Positions 18,351 through 26,649 of a stretch of DNA of 32,000 nucleotides are shown here, piece after piece (within the stretch, counting starts at the first letter, position 1; each line of letters opens with the position of its first letter). Location of the stretch: assembly GCF_000446015.1 (NCBI RefSeq), contig NC_022093.1, forward strand, positions 1,020,001 through 1,052,000, read 5' to 3'. Made by a program: the position numbers and the translations under genes. Under the pieces are notes generated by a model. That model saw nothing but the letters and a program-made list of their open reading frames with translations, was not told where the DNA came from and ran no database searches. Source of the DNA: Thermofilum adornatum. GTDB lineage: Archaea; Thermoproteota; Thermoprotei; Thermofilales; Thermofilaceae.

Positions 18351-19442
18351 CTATAAAAATTTTTTGTTCCTCGAATACAAGGATGATGCATCAGTCTCTA
18401 AGTGCATCTTTATTACTTCGGCGATCCTGGCTACTGGATCTTCGAACATCTTCCTAGCTTTCTGAAGGAATACTTCACGGTCATAGATATCTTCTTTTTT
18501 CGATAGAAGCTTTTCGATTATATGGAGACCCGTGTAGCGGTAGACCGGGAAACCCTTTTCACGCAGGTAGGTATGAACCTCAAGCTCCCTTGGGAAAGTT
18601 GTTAGCGATGGGACTCCAAGGAGGGCTGACTCTGTGGCTATTGTGCCGCCTCCTGTAACGACAAGCCTGGCAAAGTACTCTAGGTTGAGGAAGACTCCTG
18701 GTTTCTCGATAAAGGTGACACGGCCTCCTGTGTCTTTTAGTTCCCGCTTGTAGAGAATGTATTGCTCCTTGTACCTTGGATAAATTAGAAGCTTAAGAGA
18801 AGACCTCCTTAGCAAATGTCTAGCGATCTTCAGGGGTAGAATGGTTGCAGCTATAGTATCTCTATAGTAGTAAGCCTTTTGCTCACCAGGTCGTATAAAC
18901 ACGTAGTTGAAGGGCTCAACAGAATAGTCTCTCAATATGTCTTCACTCGGCTTGAAACGTGAAACCCAGGCATACTCGAAGACACCTCTAAATACATGTA
19001 TCCGTGTAAACTCTTCATAGTGTTGGAAAAACGGCACAACTGGTTGAGGCGCAATAAAGTCGCTTGAGAGCGGGATGACGAGTCTAGCTACGATTGTTGA
19101 GTGCGGGGTGTCGTTGCATGACACGACGGGTAGCTGTAGGCCGAAAGCCACACGTGTAGAGTCAGGCGATGCAAATGTCAAGTGGAGATCTGGCTCTTCC
19201 TCTCTGGCTATCGTGAGGAGTTTTTCTTCTCGTCGAATAGTCTCCCGAACTTTGCTATAGGGTGTTGCGCCGCCATGTTTGCCTACAATGTAGACTTTTC
19301 TCCACAGTTCTTTTGCAAGCTCGCGGTTGAGGTCATAGTCCCTAGAGGTAAGGTAGAAATCAGTGTTAGGGAGTTCTTGTTGGAGATAGGAAAACAGGAG
19401 GATTTGCTTCGGTGTTAAAGCTTCAACCCATACTTTTTTCAT
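18351..19442 (-). CDS. DUF354-like protein (GT-B fold, glycosyltransferase/epimerase-like), function unknown
   Basis: Size (~360 aa) and an N-terminal VWVEALTPKQILLF pattern recalled from archaeal DUF354, plus a C-terminal GGGTIATESALLGVPS nucleotide-sugar-binding-like loop. This assignment is from memory only. Confidence 0.45.
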   Translation of the reverse strand: MKKVWVEALTPKQILLFSYLQQELPNTDFYLTSRDYDLNRELAKELWRKVYIVGKHGGATPYSKVRETIRREEKLLTIAREEEPDLHLTFASPDSTRVAFGLQLPVVSCNDTPHSTIVARLVIPLSSDFIAPQPVVPFFQHYEEFTRIHVFRGVFEYAWVSRFKPSEDILRDYSVEPFNYVFIRPGEQKAYYYRDTIAATILPLKIARHLLRRSSLKLLIYPRYKEQYILYKRELKDTGGRVTFIEKPGVFLNLEYFARLVVTGGGTIATESALLGVPSLTTFPRELEVHTYLREKGFPVYRYTGLHIIEKLLSKKEDIYDREVFLQKARKMFEDPVARIAEVIKMHLETDASSLYSRNKKFL

Positions 19443-19454
19443 ATTTATGACGCT

Positions 19455-19769
19455 TCACCATTCTTCTGTTGATTGAGCTTCTCCTTCGTCTCGTGTATTG
19501 TCCATGGGATAGACTGTTTCGTCTCCAACTTCTTCTATTTTCCTGCTAAGGATGTTTATCGCGACTATTGCGAAGACAAATACTCCAGTAACGATTACTC
19601 CTAGGATAATCATTGGCGTCCTGGCATTTTCAGGCGAATTCCACGGATATCCTCCAATGATATAGTCTCCTACCCTGGGAAGTGGAAGCCAAAAAATTAG
19701 GATGCCAATTATTGAGAGGAGCGTGACTATCAATACTTTGCCCTTCATGGGTTGATTAACTGTTTTCAA
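19455..19769 (-). CDS. Small membrane protein (2 TM), unknown function
   Basis: Two clear hydrophobic helices (VLIVTLLSIIGILIFWL; MIILGVIVTGVFVFAIVAINIL) and an acidic C-terminus. Tightly spaced between the cdc6 and DUF354 genes. An alternative start at M8 is possible. Confidence 0.5.
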   Translation of the reverse strand: MKTVNQPMKGKVLIVTLLSIIGILIFWLPLPRVGDYIIGGYPWNSPENARTPMIILGVIVTGVFVFAIVAINILSRKIEEVGDETVYPMDNTRDEGEAQSTEEW

Positions 19770-19802
19770 AGGTATAAAACGGTTTTTGTTACCCCTACAC
19801 GG

Positions 19803-20951
19803 CTACTTCAAAATCAAGCTTCTCACATCGTCTATGGGTACTACTTCCGCATAGATCCTCAACGGTCCACTAATCCTTAGGATTCCTAGGTCATGTAAGC
19901 GTTGTAGGGCTGCTTCGATCTCTTCTATTCTAGGCTCAGGTAACTGTAGCCTCTCGCATAGTGCCTGCACATTTTCTATAACTTCTCTCTCTGTTGTATA
20001 AGAAGACTCCCTATTCTTTAGTATTTCCAGTGTTGCTGCCAGGACTACTCTTTCCAGCTGTTTCAGTGTCTTAACTATGTCTGCGTCAAGAGAGCTCCTC
20101 CCGAGTATCTGTGCCAGAGCTCTAGAAACATGGCTAAAAGTTACCTTTTCACTGTGCTCACTGTCGGCAATCAAGCTGGCATAGAGAAGGATATCCAATG
20201 CTTTTCTCACATCACCCTCGAACAAGTCAATAGTTATCTTGGCAACGTGCTCCGCTACAGTGTCAGGAAGAGCACTCTGATCCGAAAAAGCTTCACTTGC
20301 CCTATACAATAATATATCTACTAGTTGAGGCAACGTGTAACGTGGAAACCTGACGATGAGGCTTCCAAGGGTAGACTGCTCCTCGGGGGCAAGGCCGCGG
20401 CTCCACTCCTCGTTCCTGGCAATAAATACGACGCCCAGAACATTCTCTACGCCGAATTCCGGCAAGCGTGTCAAGTTGTATACTACGCGTCCTCCCCTCA
20501 GGCTTCTTGAAGATGTGAGCTCATCAGCTTCGTCAACAATGAACAAAAAGCTTGTTGTTTTTTTCTTCACAAATTCGTCTAGGATCTTCTCGAAAACCTC
20601 GCCCGCAGACAGGCTTCTCGAGGCCCTCCCAGAAACCTGGCCAAGTATAGACGTGTAGACTGTCCAGGGGCTTGGGTCGCCCAACATCTTCAGGTTTACG
20701 TAAATTATTCGGGCAGTTTCAAAACCTTTCTCGAGGTTCTTCGCAAACAAGAGAGCTGTAGATGTTTTCCCTGTGCCCACAGAGCCTATCAATTGAACCG
20801 ACTTGAAGAACGCTGAGGACTTCTCTACCCCTGGAAAGAAGATTGAAAGCTGTCTAAGCTGGGCGTCTCTGTGCGGAAGTCTTCTCGGGATATATTTACT
20901 GCTGAGTGCCTGAGGGTTCCTTAGGATCATTGCTTGCTTCGATTTTTCCAT
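19803..20951 (-). CDS. cdc6: Orc1/Cdc6 AAA+ replication initiator homologue
   Basis: N-terminal YIPRRLPHRDAQLRQL, Walker A GSVGTGKTS, Walker B FIVDEADEL, and a C-terminal winged-helix region. Confidence 0.9.
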   Translation of the reverse strand: MEKSKQAMILRNPQALSSKYIPRRLPHRDAQLRQLSIFFPGVEKSSAFFKSVQLIGSVGTGKTSTALLFAKNLEKGFETARIIYVNLKMLGDPSPWTVYTSILGQVSGRASRSLSAGEVFEKILDEFVKKKTTSFLFIVDEADELTSSRSLRGGRVVYNLTRLPEFGVENVLGVVFIARNEEWSRGLAPEEQSTLGSLIVRFPRYTLPQLVDILLYRASEAFSDQSALPDTVAEHVAKITIDLFEGDVRKALDILLYASLIADSEHSEKVTFSHVSRALAQILGRSSLDADIVKTLKQLERVVLAATLEILKNRESSYTTEREVIENVQALCERLQLPEPRIEEIEAALQRLHDLGILRISGPLRIYAEVVPIDDVRSLILK

Positions 20952-21130
20952 ATATATTGGAATATAATTTTTTTCAAAACATAGTAGACCGAAACTTAAT
21001 TCACACTATTTACCACGAAAATAAAAGTATAAAACAGCGCTTGCATTTTTCAATGCGAATGATGAAAGTCATGCAAACGTGAAAAGAATGAACGTATCCT
21101 GGGGTATCTGACGCATACAGTGCTAAATCC

Positions 21131-21138
21131 TTTTAAAT
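21131..21138 (+). promoter_or_regulatory. TATA-like box for the presenilin-homologue gene
   Basis: TTTTAAAT is centred ~32 nt upstream of the ATG at 21167. The spacing fits a near-leaderless archaeal transcript. Confidence 0.4.
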
Positions 21139-21166
21139 CTCATTGGCACTGCTAGACTGGGTCTAG

Positions 21167-22084
21167 ATGGAGAAAGATACATATGAGAGTGGTCGAAGAC
21201 GCATAGAGTACAAGACAAGCCTGCTAATGGGTCTCATTGTTATAGTGATAAGTTCCTTGTCTGTGGCTTGGGCACTAGTTCTAAGCAAAAGCGGTGTAGC
21301 CGACCTTCTGGGAAGCCCGTTTGTGCCGGAAGAAAGCCCCCAAGGGGTTCTGATCAATAGCTTAATAATACTTTTCCTCGTACTTCTAGGAACAGGGCTT
21401 CTTTTGGTCCTGATCAGGTTCAGGAAAATACACACTATACCTGCTGTTATGGCGTTTGCTGTAGCGTTTTCTTTTTGGGGGATCGCCGAGATATACTTCT
21501 ATTCACTGGCAAACCTTGCACCCCTAGAACGATATAGCGACTACCTCCAGCAGTATGCAGACTTGCTCTCAATTTCAGTTGCCGTCTTGGCCGCCGTGCT
21601 TATAATTAAGCCAGTAAGCGCAAAACTCCTCGACATCCTCCTGATAATCTACGGAACAATGGCTGGCTCACTGCTGGCAGTTACATTGCCAGGCTGGACC
21701 CCCTTTGCTGTTGCTGTGATCCTCGCAGTCTATGACGTTTACTCTGTTTTCTATGGACCATTGAAAAGGATCCTAGAGAACACGGTTGGAGAGGGGCAGT
21801 CCAGAGAATCAAAACTAAAATCGCCGCTAAGGGGAGCAGTAATAGTGGTAGACAACATTGCCCTCGGCATGGGAGACGTATTGATGTACTCGATGCTTAG
21901 CTCCTCGTACTATCTCTTTCCCTTTAACTCGGTAGCACGCTGGGTATTAACTACTATTGCAATAGCCTTGGGGCTCTACTTTACCCTCAAAATGTTGACA
22001 CGTAAAAAATACATGCCAGCCTTACCAATACCGGTCTTTCTGTCCCTAGCAGTATATGTCATATGTCTGTTGATCGGTTTTTAG
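21167..22084 (+). CDS. Presenilin/signal-peptide-peptidase homologue (A22 GxGD intramembrane aspartyl protease)
   Basis: All three signature motifs sit in TM context: YD (LAVYDVYSVF), GxGD (LGMGDVLMY) and PAL (YMPALPIPVF). Confidence 0.8.
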   Translation: MEKDTYESGRRRIEYKTSLLMGLIVIVISSLSVAWALVLSKSGVADLLGSPFVPEESPQGVLINSLIILFLVLLGTGLLLVLIRFRKIHTIPAVMAFAVAFSFWGIAEIYFYSLANLAPLERYSDYLQQYADLLSISVAVLAAVLIIKPVSAKLLDILLIIYGTMAGSLLAVTLPGWTPFAVAVILAVYDVYSVFYGPLKRILENTVGEGQSRESKLKSPLRGAVIVVDNIALGMGDVLMYSMLSSSYYLFPFNSVARWVLTTIAIALGLYFTLKMLTRKKYMPALPIPVFLSLAVYVICLLIGF

Positions 22085-22251
22085 CAAACAGGGGTCAGTC
22101 CGCCCATCCGGCTCTCATCAATCGAACATCAACGCGGCAATCATCCCCAGATATCATTGGTGCGCGCAAAATTAAAAGGTTGACTAGTTTTTTCCTTGAG
22201 AGAATAGGAGAAATATAAAACAAGGCTACTTGAATAATTCCTTAACGATTT

Positions 22252-22500
22252 CTAACGGGAAGACGTTATAAGCGTCGACGTCCTCGTGACTCCACTAAGC
22301 TTCCTTATGTTTGACACAACTTTATCCAGAAGTTCAAGGGCAGGCAAAGTGATCTTAACGAGAATGTCGTATTCGCCGTACACGATGTAGGCCTCTTCCA
22401 CAAATTCCATCTTTCTGATGGTCTTGAGAACTTCGTCCTCATAGCCAACTCCTACATTGACAAGCAGAAACACAGTTATTTTGTCTGGATTTGTACTCAT
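22252..22500 (-). CDS. Stand-alone Lrp/AsnC ligand-binding (RAM) domain protein
   Basis: An 82-aa beta-alpha-beta-beta-alpha-beta pattern (ITVFLLVNV..EDEVLKTIRKMEFVEEAYIVYGEYDILVKI) with no HTH. Confidence 0.8.
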   Translation of the reverse strand: MSTNPDKITVFLLVNVGVGYEDEVLKTIRKMEFVEEAYIVYGEYDILVKITLPALELLDKVVSNIRKLSGVTRTSTLITSSR

Positions 22501-22631
22501 AAAGGCTCAATTATATATCAACCATGTTTAAAAATATAAATATAACGTATGATAAAAACATCGGCATCAATAACTATCAACTTTTGCTTTTTATAACGAA
22601 TCGTGGGAAATATTAGAAAAAATTCGTTGTT

Positions 22632-23114
22632 CTATGGGACGCCTTTTAAGAAATCATATTCGCTAAAAACTAGTGCTACCACGGCACTTCCATACATCCC
22701 GTCAGGCACGTCTAGTTCTTCAATAAGGTACCGAGGCTCCTCCATGTTTAGCCTGTCTTTAGCCCTTATCTCTTCCCACATTTCGGCCAGTCTGTCCCTG
22801 GCATCTTTGTAACTATTCCCGTCGTGAAACTCTATAACGTAGCCGTGAGGATGACCGCGAGCCCACGAGATACCAACACTAATCTTTGCAGGTCCCTTGA
22901 CCCTCTTCTCACTCATCACGAGAAAAACTATGCTACCTTCAGGTAGCCTTCTCGGCGTTTCTTCGACGATATTTGGAGGCAAGATAGATGATACGGGCAC
23001 CAAATTTAGGCCATGTATCCCTGCCTCACGGAGTGCATTATTGAAGGCCATTAATGGAGAGACACTGCTAACTCCTTTCCCCTTAGTCACGAAGTACTTC
23101 TTTGGGAGGATCAT
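22632..23114 (-). CDS. pdaD: Pyruvoyl-dependent arginine decarboxylase
   Basis: SPLMAFNNALREAGIHGLNLVPVSSILPP matches the PdaD self-cleavage region (..ISS-IMPP). The start is set at the MILPKKYF Met (23114); the ORF-track start at 23144 is an alternative. Confidence 0.85.
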   Translation of the reverse strand: MILPKKYFVTKGKGVSSVSPLMAFNNALREAGIHGLNLVPVSSILPPNIVEETPRRLPEGSIVFLVMSEKRVKGPAKISVGISWARGHPHGYVIEFHDGNSYKDARDRLAEMWEEIRAKDRLNMEEPRYLIEELDVPDGMYGSAVVALVFSEYDFLKGVP

Positions 23115-23673
23115 TTTGCAAATCAAGGCGTTTTTCAGCCACAACTATTAAAAGTTTTTCAAAATGACCAAGGGGAAGAGTATCCGCTACAGACACTTTA
23201 GAATACAAATTAGACAACACGCTAATAAGCGAGGAAACATCTGCGAGACTACTGGCAACAACAATAAGCTTGCCATGCTCCTTTAGCAATCCTTGGGCAT
23301 CTCTTGCCAGCTCAACGCTGAACTCTATTCCACTGGGTCCTCCACAGACCTCTTCTCCCTCTTCATATCTACAGGGCAAGTATGGAGGATTAGAAACAAC
23401 AATATGAAAAGAATCTCTCCTGAACGGTCTCGCCTTATCCGTTAAAACAATATCTATCTTTTTATAGAGATCCTTTTTCTTCACTCTGTCAAGTGTATAC
23501 TCTACCGCGTCCTGGGACACGTCTGTGCCGACAACATACTCTGCACAATACGCGCATTCAATGGTTATCTCTCCATTGCCACAGCCAACCTCTAATACAG
23601 TTCCATAACATTGACTCTTTTCACGCAGATAATTAGCAAGGAAAACCGTATCCTCCGAAACGGGGTATGGCAT
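23083..23673 (-). CDS. HemK/Mtq2-like SAM-dependent methyltransferase (NPPY class)
   Basis: SAM motif I is VLEVGCGNGEI and the catalytic motif IV is VVSNPPYLP. The 3' end overlaps the pdaD start. Confidence 0.75.
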   Translation of the reverse strand: MPYPVSEDTVFLANYLREKSQCYGTVLEVGCGNGEITIECAYCAEYVVGTDVSQDAVEYTLDRVKKKDLYKKIDIVLTDKARPFRRDSFHIVVSNPPYLPCRYEEGEEVCGGPSGIEFSVELARDAQGLLKEHGKLIVVASSLADVSSLISVLSNLYSKVSVADTLPLGHFEKLLIVVAEKRLDLQNDPPKEVLRD

Positions 23674-23677
23674 CAGG

Positions 23678-23983
23678 CTAGAGACCCAGCAGTTTTCTGA
23701 CCTCGGGCTTCATCCTGTCGGGCGTCCAGGGCGGATCAAATACGAGCTCGACTTCTACATCTTCAACCTCCGGGATCTTTTCCTTGATCGTGTCACGTAC
23801 AAGTTCAACGAGGAAGTACGACATTGGGCATCCAACTGCTGTTAGGGTCATTTTGACTTTTACCTTTTTATCGTTTATCTCTATCCCGTATATAAGACCT
23901 AAGTCAACCACGTTAAAGGGTATTTCTGGGTCGTATACGTCCTGAAGCGCTTGTAGCACTTGTTCCTGCGTAATGTTTCCCAT
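23678..23983 (-). CDS. DUF59/MIP18-family Fe-S cluster assembly protein (SufT/PaaD-like)
   Basis: VYDPEIPFNVVDLGLIY, TLTAVGCPM and VELVFDPPWTPDRM are the hallmarks of the family. Confidence 0.85.
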   Translation of the reverse strand: MGNITQEQVLQALQDVYDPEIPFNVVDLGLIYGIEINDKKVKVKMTLTAVGCPMSYFLVELVRDTIKEKIPEVEDVEVELVFDPPWTPDRMKPEVRKLLGL

Positions 23984-24016
23984 TATATCCCCCTGTCATA
24001 TCGTACACAATCTTAT

Positions 24017-24718
24017 TTAAAAATTATTCGTTTCACTGGTCCCGTTCTCTAAGAGCTTTGCCTTCTCATAGTCTGTATCAAGTACTTGAAGAATTTTCTG
24101 TATCTTCTTTGGTCCCAATCCATCAATTTTCCTTAACTCCGCGGGAGACGCTAAAAAGAATTTCCTTGGAGTCTTAAACTCTCTAAGAATTTTTTCTGCA
24201 GTTTCCCTGCTAATCCCTGGCAACGTCGCGATCAGATTAAGCTGTATAGCTGGAATACTGCTCGACTCCTTGAAAACCTTTTTCTTTGTCTTGACGAAAA
24301 AGTTGGTTCCCTCCTTTTGTAGCCTCTTCCACAGGATATATATAAGCAACGCAGTCTCTCTATAATCATTCACCTGTAGAACTGATACACCGTTCTCGGC
24401 CAACGCGGCAAATGCCCCAAACAGCGGGTTTAATTTAACTTGTCTGTATTTTACCTCGTCGCTGAGGCTCCCCTCTATAACGATGATGGCTGTATCATAT
24501 GTTTCACGAAGATACTTGGCTTGCTCGAAAAGCCGTCCATCAATAATAGAATTTATAAAGTCTCCGGCCGTCTTCCTCTCCAAACCGTATTTCCCGCCCA
24601 CATCATAGTCTGCTACCTCTAAACGGGCCAGTTGATAGCGGACACCAAGCCGTGCAAGCTCGCTGATTACCTGTGAACGACGTTCCCTATCATCGACAAG
24701 AACAGTGAGGTTCTGCAT
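24017..24718 (-). CDS. xpf: Short crenarchaeal-type XPF/ERCC4 nuclease (nuclease domain plus tandem HhH, no helicase domain)
   Basis: ERCC4 motif VDDRERRS ... GLERKTAGDF. The C-terminal (HhH)2 is LPGISRETAEKIL..LRKIDGLGPKKIQKI. Confidence 0.85.
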   Translation of the reverse strand: MQNLTVLVDDRERRSQVISELARLGVRYQLARLEVADYDVGGKYGLERKTAGDFINSIIDGRLFEQAKYLRETYDTAIIVIEGSLSDEVKYRQVKLNPLFGAFAALAENGVSVLQVNDYRETALLIYILWKRLQKEGTNFFVKTKKKVFKESSSIPAIQLNLIATLPGISRETAEKILREFKTPRKFFLASPAELRKIDGLGPKKIQKILQVLDTDYEKAKLLENGTSETNNF

Positions 24719-24851
24719 TTATTTCATCTTTCATTACGTTTCCCGATACTTTTTATGTCTATTGTTTTCCGGCTTTCCTAATTGGCTCAAGGGCTTTAGT
24801 AGCTCGCATACACCAAACTTTTTAATTCATGTGTTTTCTTCACTTTAACAA

Positions 24852-25262
24852 ATGTCTAGAGAAGTTGTCAATAGGCGGCACAGAGCATTCAACGTTGAAC
24901 GAAGGCTAGTGAAGATGTTGTCAGCCAACAAGGAGAACCATGTTTTTAGGGTTCCAGTTAGTGGTGTGGGGGAAAATTTTCCAGATGTTTTTCTTGTGAA
25001 CAACATAGAGGACAGGATAGTTGCATTCGAGGTCAAGACAACCTCTAACTCGAAAGTAAAAGTAAAAGCATATCAGATATCAAAGCTTTTCCGCTTCCTC
25101 GAAGCATTCAAAAAATACTCTAGAAGGGAGGCCGTCCTAGCCGTGTGGTTCTCTAGCGAAAGCAAGTGGGTATTCAAAAAAGTTGACACATTGCTATCGG
25201 AAGACATCGTTGTCACGTGTGACGAGGAAAGCACTTGGGTTCCCAATATCCGGGGAAGATAA
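24852..25262 (+). CDS. hjc: Holliday junction resolvase Hjc/Hje family
   Basis: The catalytic constellation aligns with Hjc: E in VERRLVKML, D in FPDVFLV, and E-x-K in AFEVKT. Size is 136 aa. A TATA-like CTTTTTAATT lies ~30 nt upstream. Confidence 0.75.
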   Translation: MSREVVNRRHRAFNVERRLVKMLSANKENHVFRVPVSGVGENFPDVFLVNNIEDRIVAFEVKTTSNSKVKVKAYQISKLFRFLEAFKKYSRREAVLAVWFSSESKWVFKKVDTLLSEDIVVTCDEESTWVPNIRGR

Positions 25263-25281
25263 AAGGTAAAGTCTAAAAAGG

Positions 25282-25289
25282 TTTAAATT
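25282..25289 (+). promoter_or_regulatory. TATA-like box for the TIP49 gene
   Basis: TTTAAATT is centred ~27 nt upstream of the ATG at 25313. Confidence 0.35.
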
Positions 25290-25312
25290 TTCGCTTCTAT
25301 AAAAACCTTTTG

Positions 25313-26638
25313 ATGATAAAGGCGTCCGAAAGAGTTGGGGTTCACAGCCACATACGGGGGCTCGGCATCAGGAACAATGAGCCACAGCCAGTCGCCGACG
25401 GGCTAGTGGGACAAATAGAGGCTAGACGTGCAGCATGGCTAGTTGTCCAGTTGATCAAGAAAGGGAAAATGGCTGGAAGAGCAATCCTCTTTGTGGGACC
25501 TCCAGGAACAGGAAAAACCGCGCTTGCCGTTGCCATCGCACGCGAGCTCGGCCCCGAGACGCCTTTAATGGCGCTCACCGGGAGCGAAATATACTCTGCT
25601 GAGCTCAAGAAGACCGAGGTGCTCATGCAAGCAATGAGGAAATCCATAGGTGTAAGAATACGTGAGAGAAGATGGGTCTACGAAGGCGTCGTGGAAAAAA
25701 TCGAATATAAGTTTGACAGGCATCCCCTCAACCCCTACCAGCAGATACCTGTTGGAGGCATCATAACACTCAAGACTGACAAAGAGACCCGCACTTTGAA
25801 AGTTGACTCTAATATAGTATATCAGCTCCTGCAAAGAGGTGTAAGCGAGGGAGACGTAATATGGATTGACGAGGAAACTGGCCGCGTCACCAGGGCTGGT
25901 AGAGTAAAAGGCTACGGCGAATACGATGTAGGGGCGAGCGAACTCGTAGATATGCCTAAAGGCCCAATATACAAGGAGAAAGAGTTCGTATACACCCTTA
26001 CTCTCCATGATCTCGACGAGATGCAAAGCCGGAGCGAGAGCATAATTTCGCTGTTCTTTGGAGCCCCAGAATACAAGGAGATACCCCCCGATGTTAGGGC
26101 AAAGGTAGACAAAACAGTAAAGGAATGGGTTGAAAATGGAAGAGCTGAACTAATTCCCGGAATCCTCTTTATCGACGACGCACACATGCTGGACATCGAG
26201 GCGTTCAGTTTCCTCTCGAGAGCAATGGAGAGCGAACTAAGCCCAATAATCATCCTTGCAACAAACAGGGGCTACACGAGGATCAGGGGCACAGACATAG
26301 AGAGCCCCCACGGCATGCCGCTAGACCTGCTAGACAGGTTGCTCATTATAAAGACACAGCCGTATACCCCAGACGAGATAAGAGAAATACTAAAGATAAG
26401 AGCCAAAGAAGAAGGCGTGGAGCTAGAGGACACAGCACTAGAAGAACTCGTAAAGCTCGGCTCAGAGCGAAGTCTGCGCTATGCTTCCCAGTTATTAGCA
26501 CCAAGCAAGATACTAGCAGAGCAGAAGGGCAAGACAACCGTGACGGTTGAAGAAGTACAGCAAGCCTCAAAGCTGTTTATAAGTACAAAGGAGTCAGCAA
26601 AATATCTCCAAGAGCTTGAAGAAAAGATGCTTAAATAG
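25313..26638 (+). CDS. TIP49/RuvB-like (RuvBL) AAA+ ATPase
   Basis: HSHIRGLG, GQIEARRAAWLVV, Walker A GPPGTGKTA, the inserted OB-like domain II, Walker B LFIDDAHML and ATNRG. The start is ATG at 25313; the ORF track uses TTG at 25310. Confidence 0.9.
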   Translation: MIKASERVGVHSHIRGLGIRNNEPQPVADGLVGQIEARRAAWLVVQLIKKGKMAGRAILFVGPPGTGKTALAVAIARELGPETPLMALTGSEIYSAELKKTEVLMQAMRKSIGVRIRERRWVYEGVVEKIEYKFDRHPLNPYQQIPVGGIITLKTDKETRTLKVDSNIVYQLLQRGVSEGDVIWIDEETGRVTRAGRVKGYGEYDVGASELVDMPKGPIYKEKEFVYTLTLHDLDEMQSRSESIISLFFGAPEYKEIPPDVRAKVDKTVKEWVENGRAELIPGILFIDDAHMLDIEAFSFLSRAMESELSPIIILATNRGYTRIRGTDIESPHGMPLDLLDRLLIIKTQPYTPDEIREILKIRAKEEGVELEDTALEELVKLGSERSLRYASQLLAPSKILAEQKGKTTVTVEEVQQASKLFISTKESAKYLQELEEKMLK

Positions 26639-26649
26639 CACCGCTATTT

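Noticed and set aside
20952-21166. Canonical ORB/mini-ORB origin boxes (..CCAnnGGAAAC..)
   Set aside because: I looked for them on both strands of the orc1/cdc6 upstream spacer and found only weak GAAA-containing words. The origin idea is therefore kept as a low-confidence finding, not as a feature.
25342-26570. Four antisense ORFs (74-153 aa) opposite the TIP49 gene
   Set aside because: They are shadow frames within a gene with complete RuvBL motifs.
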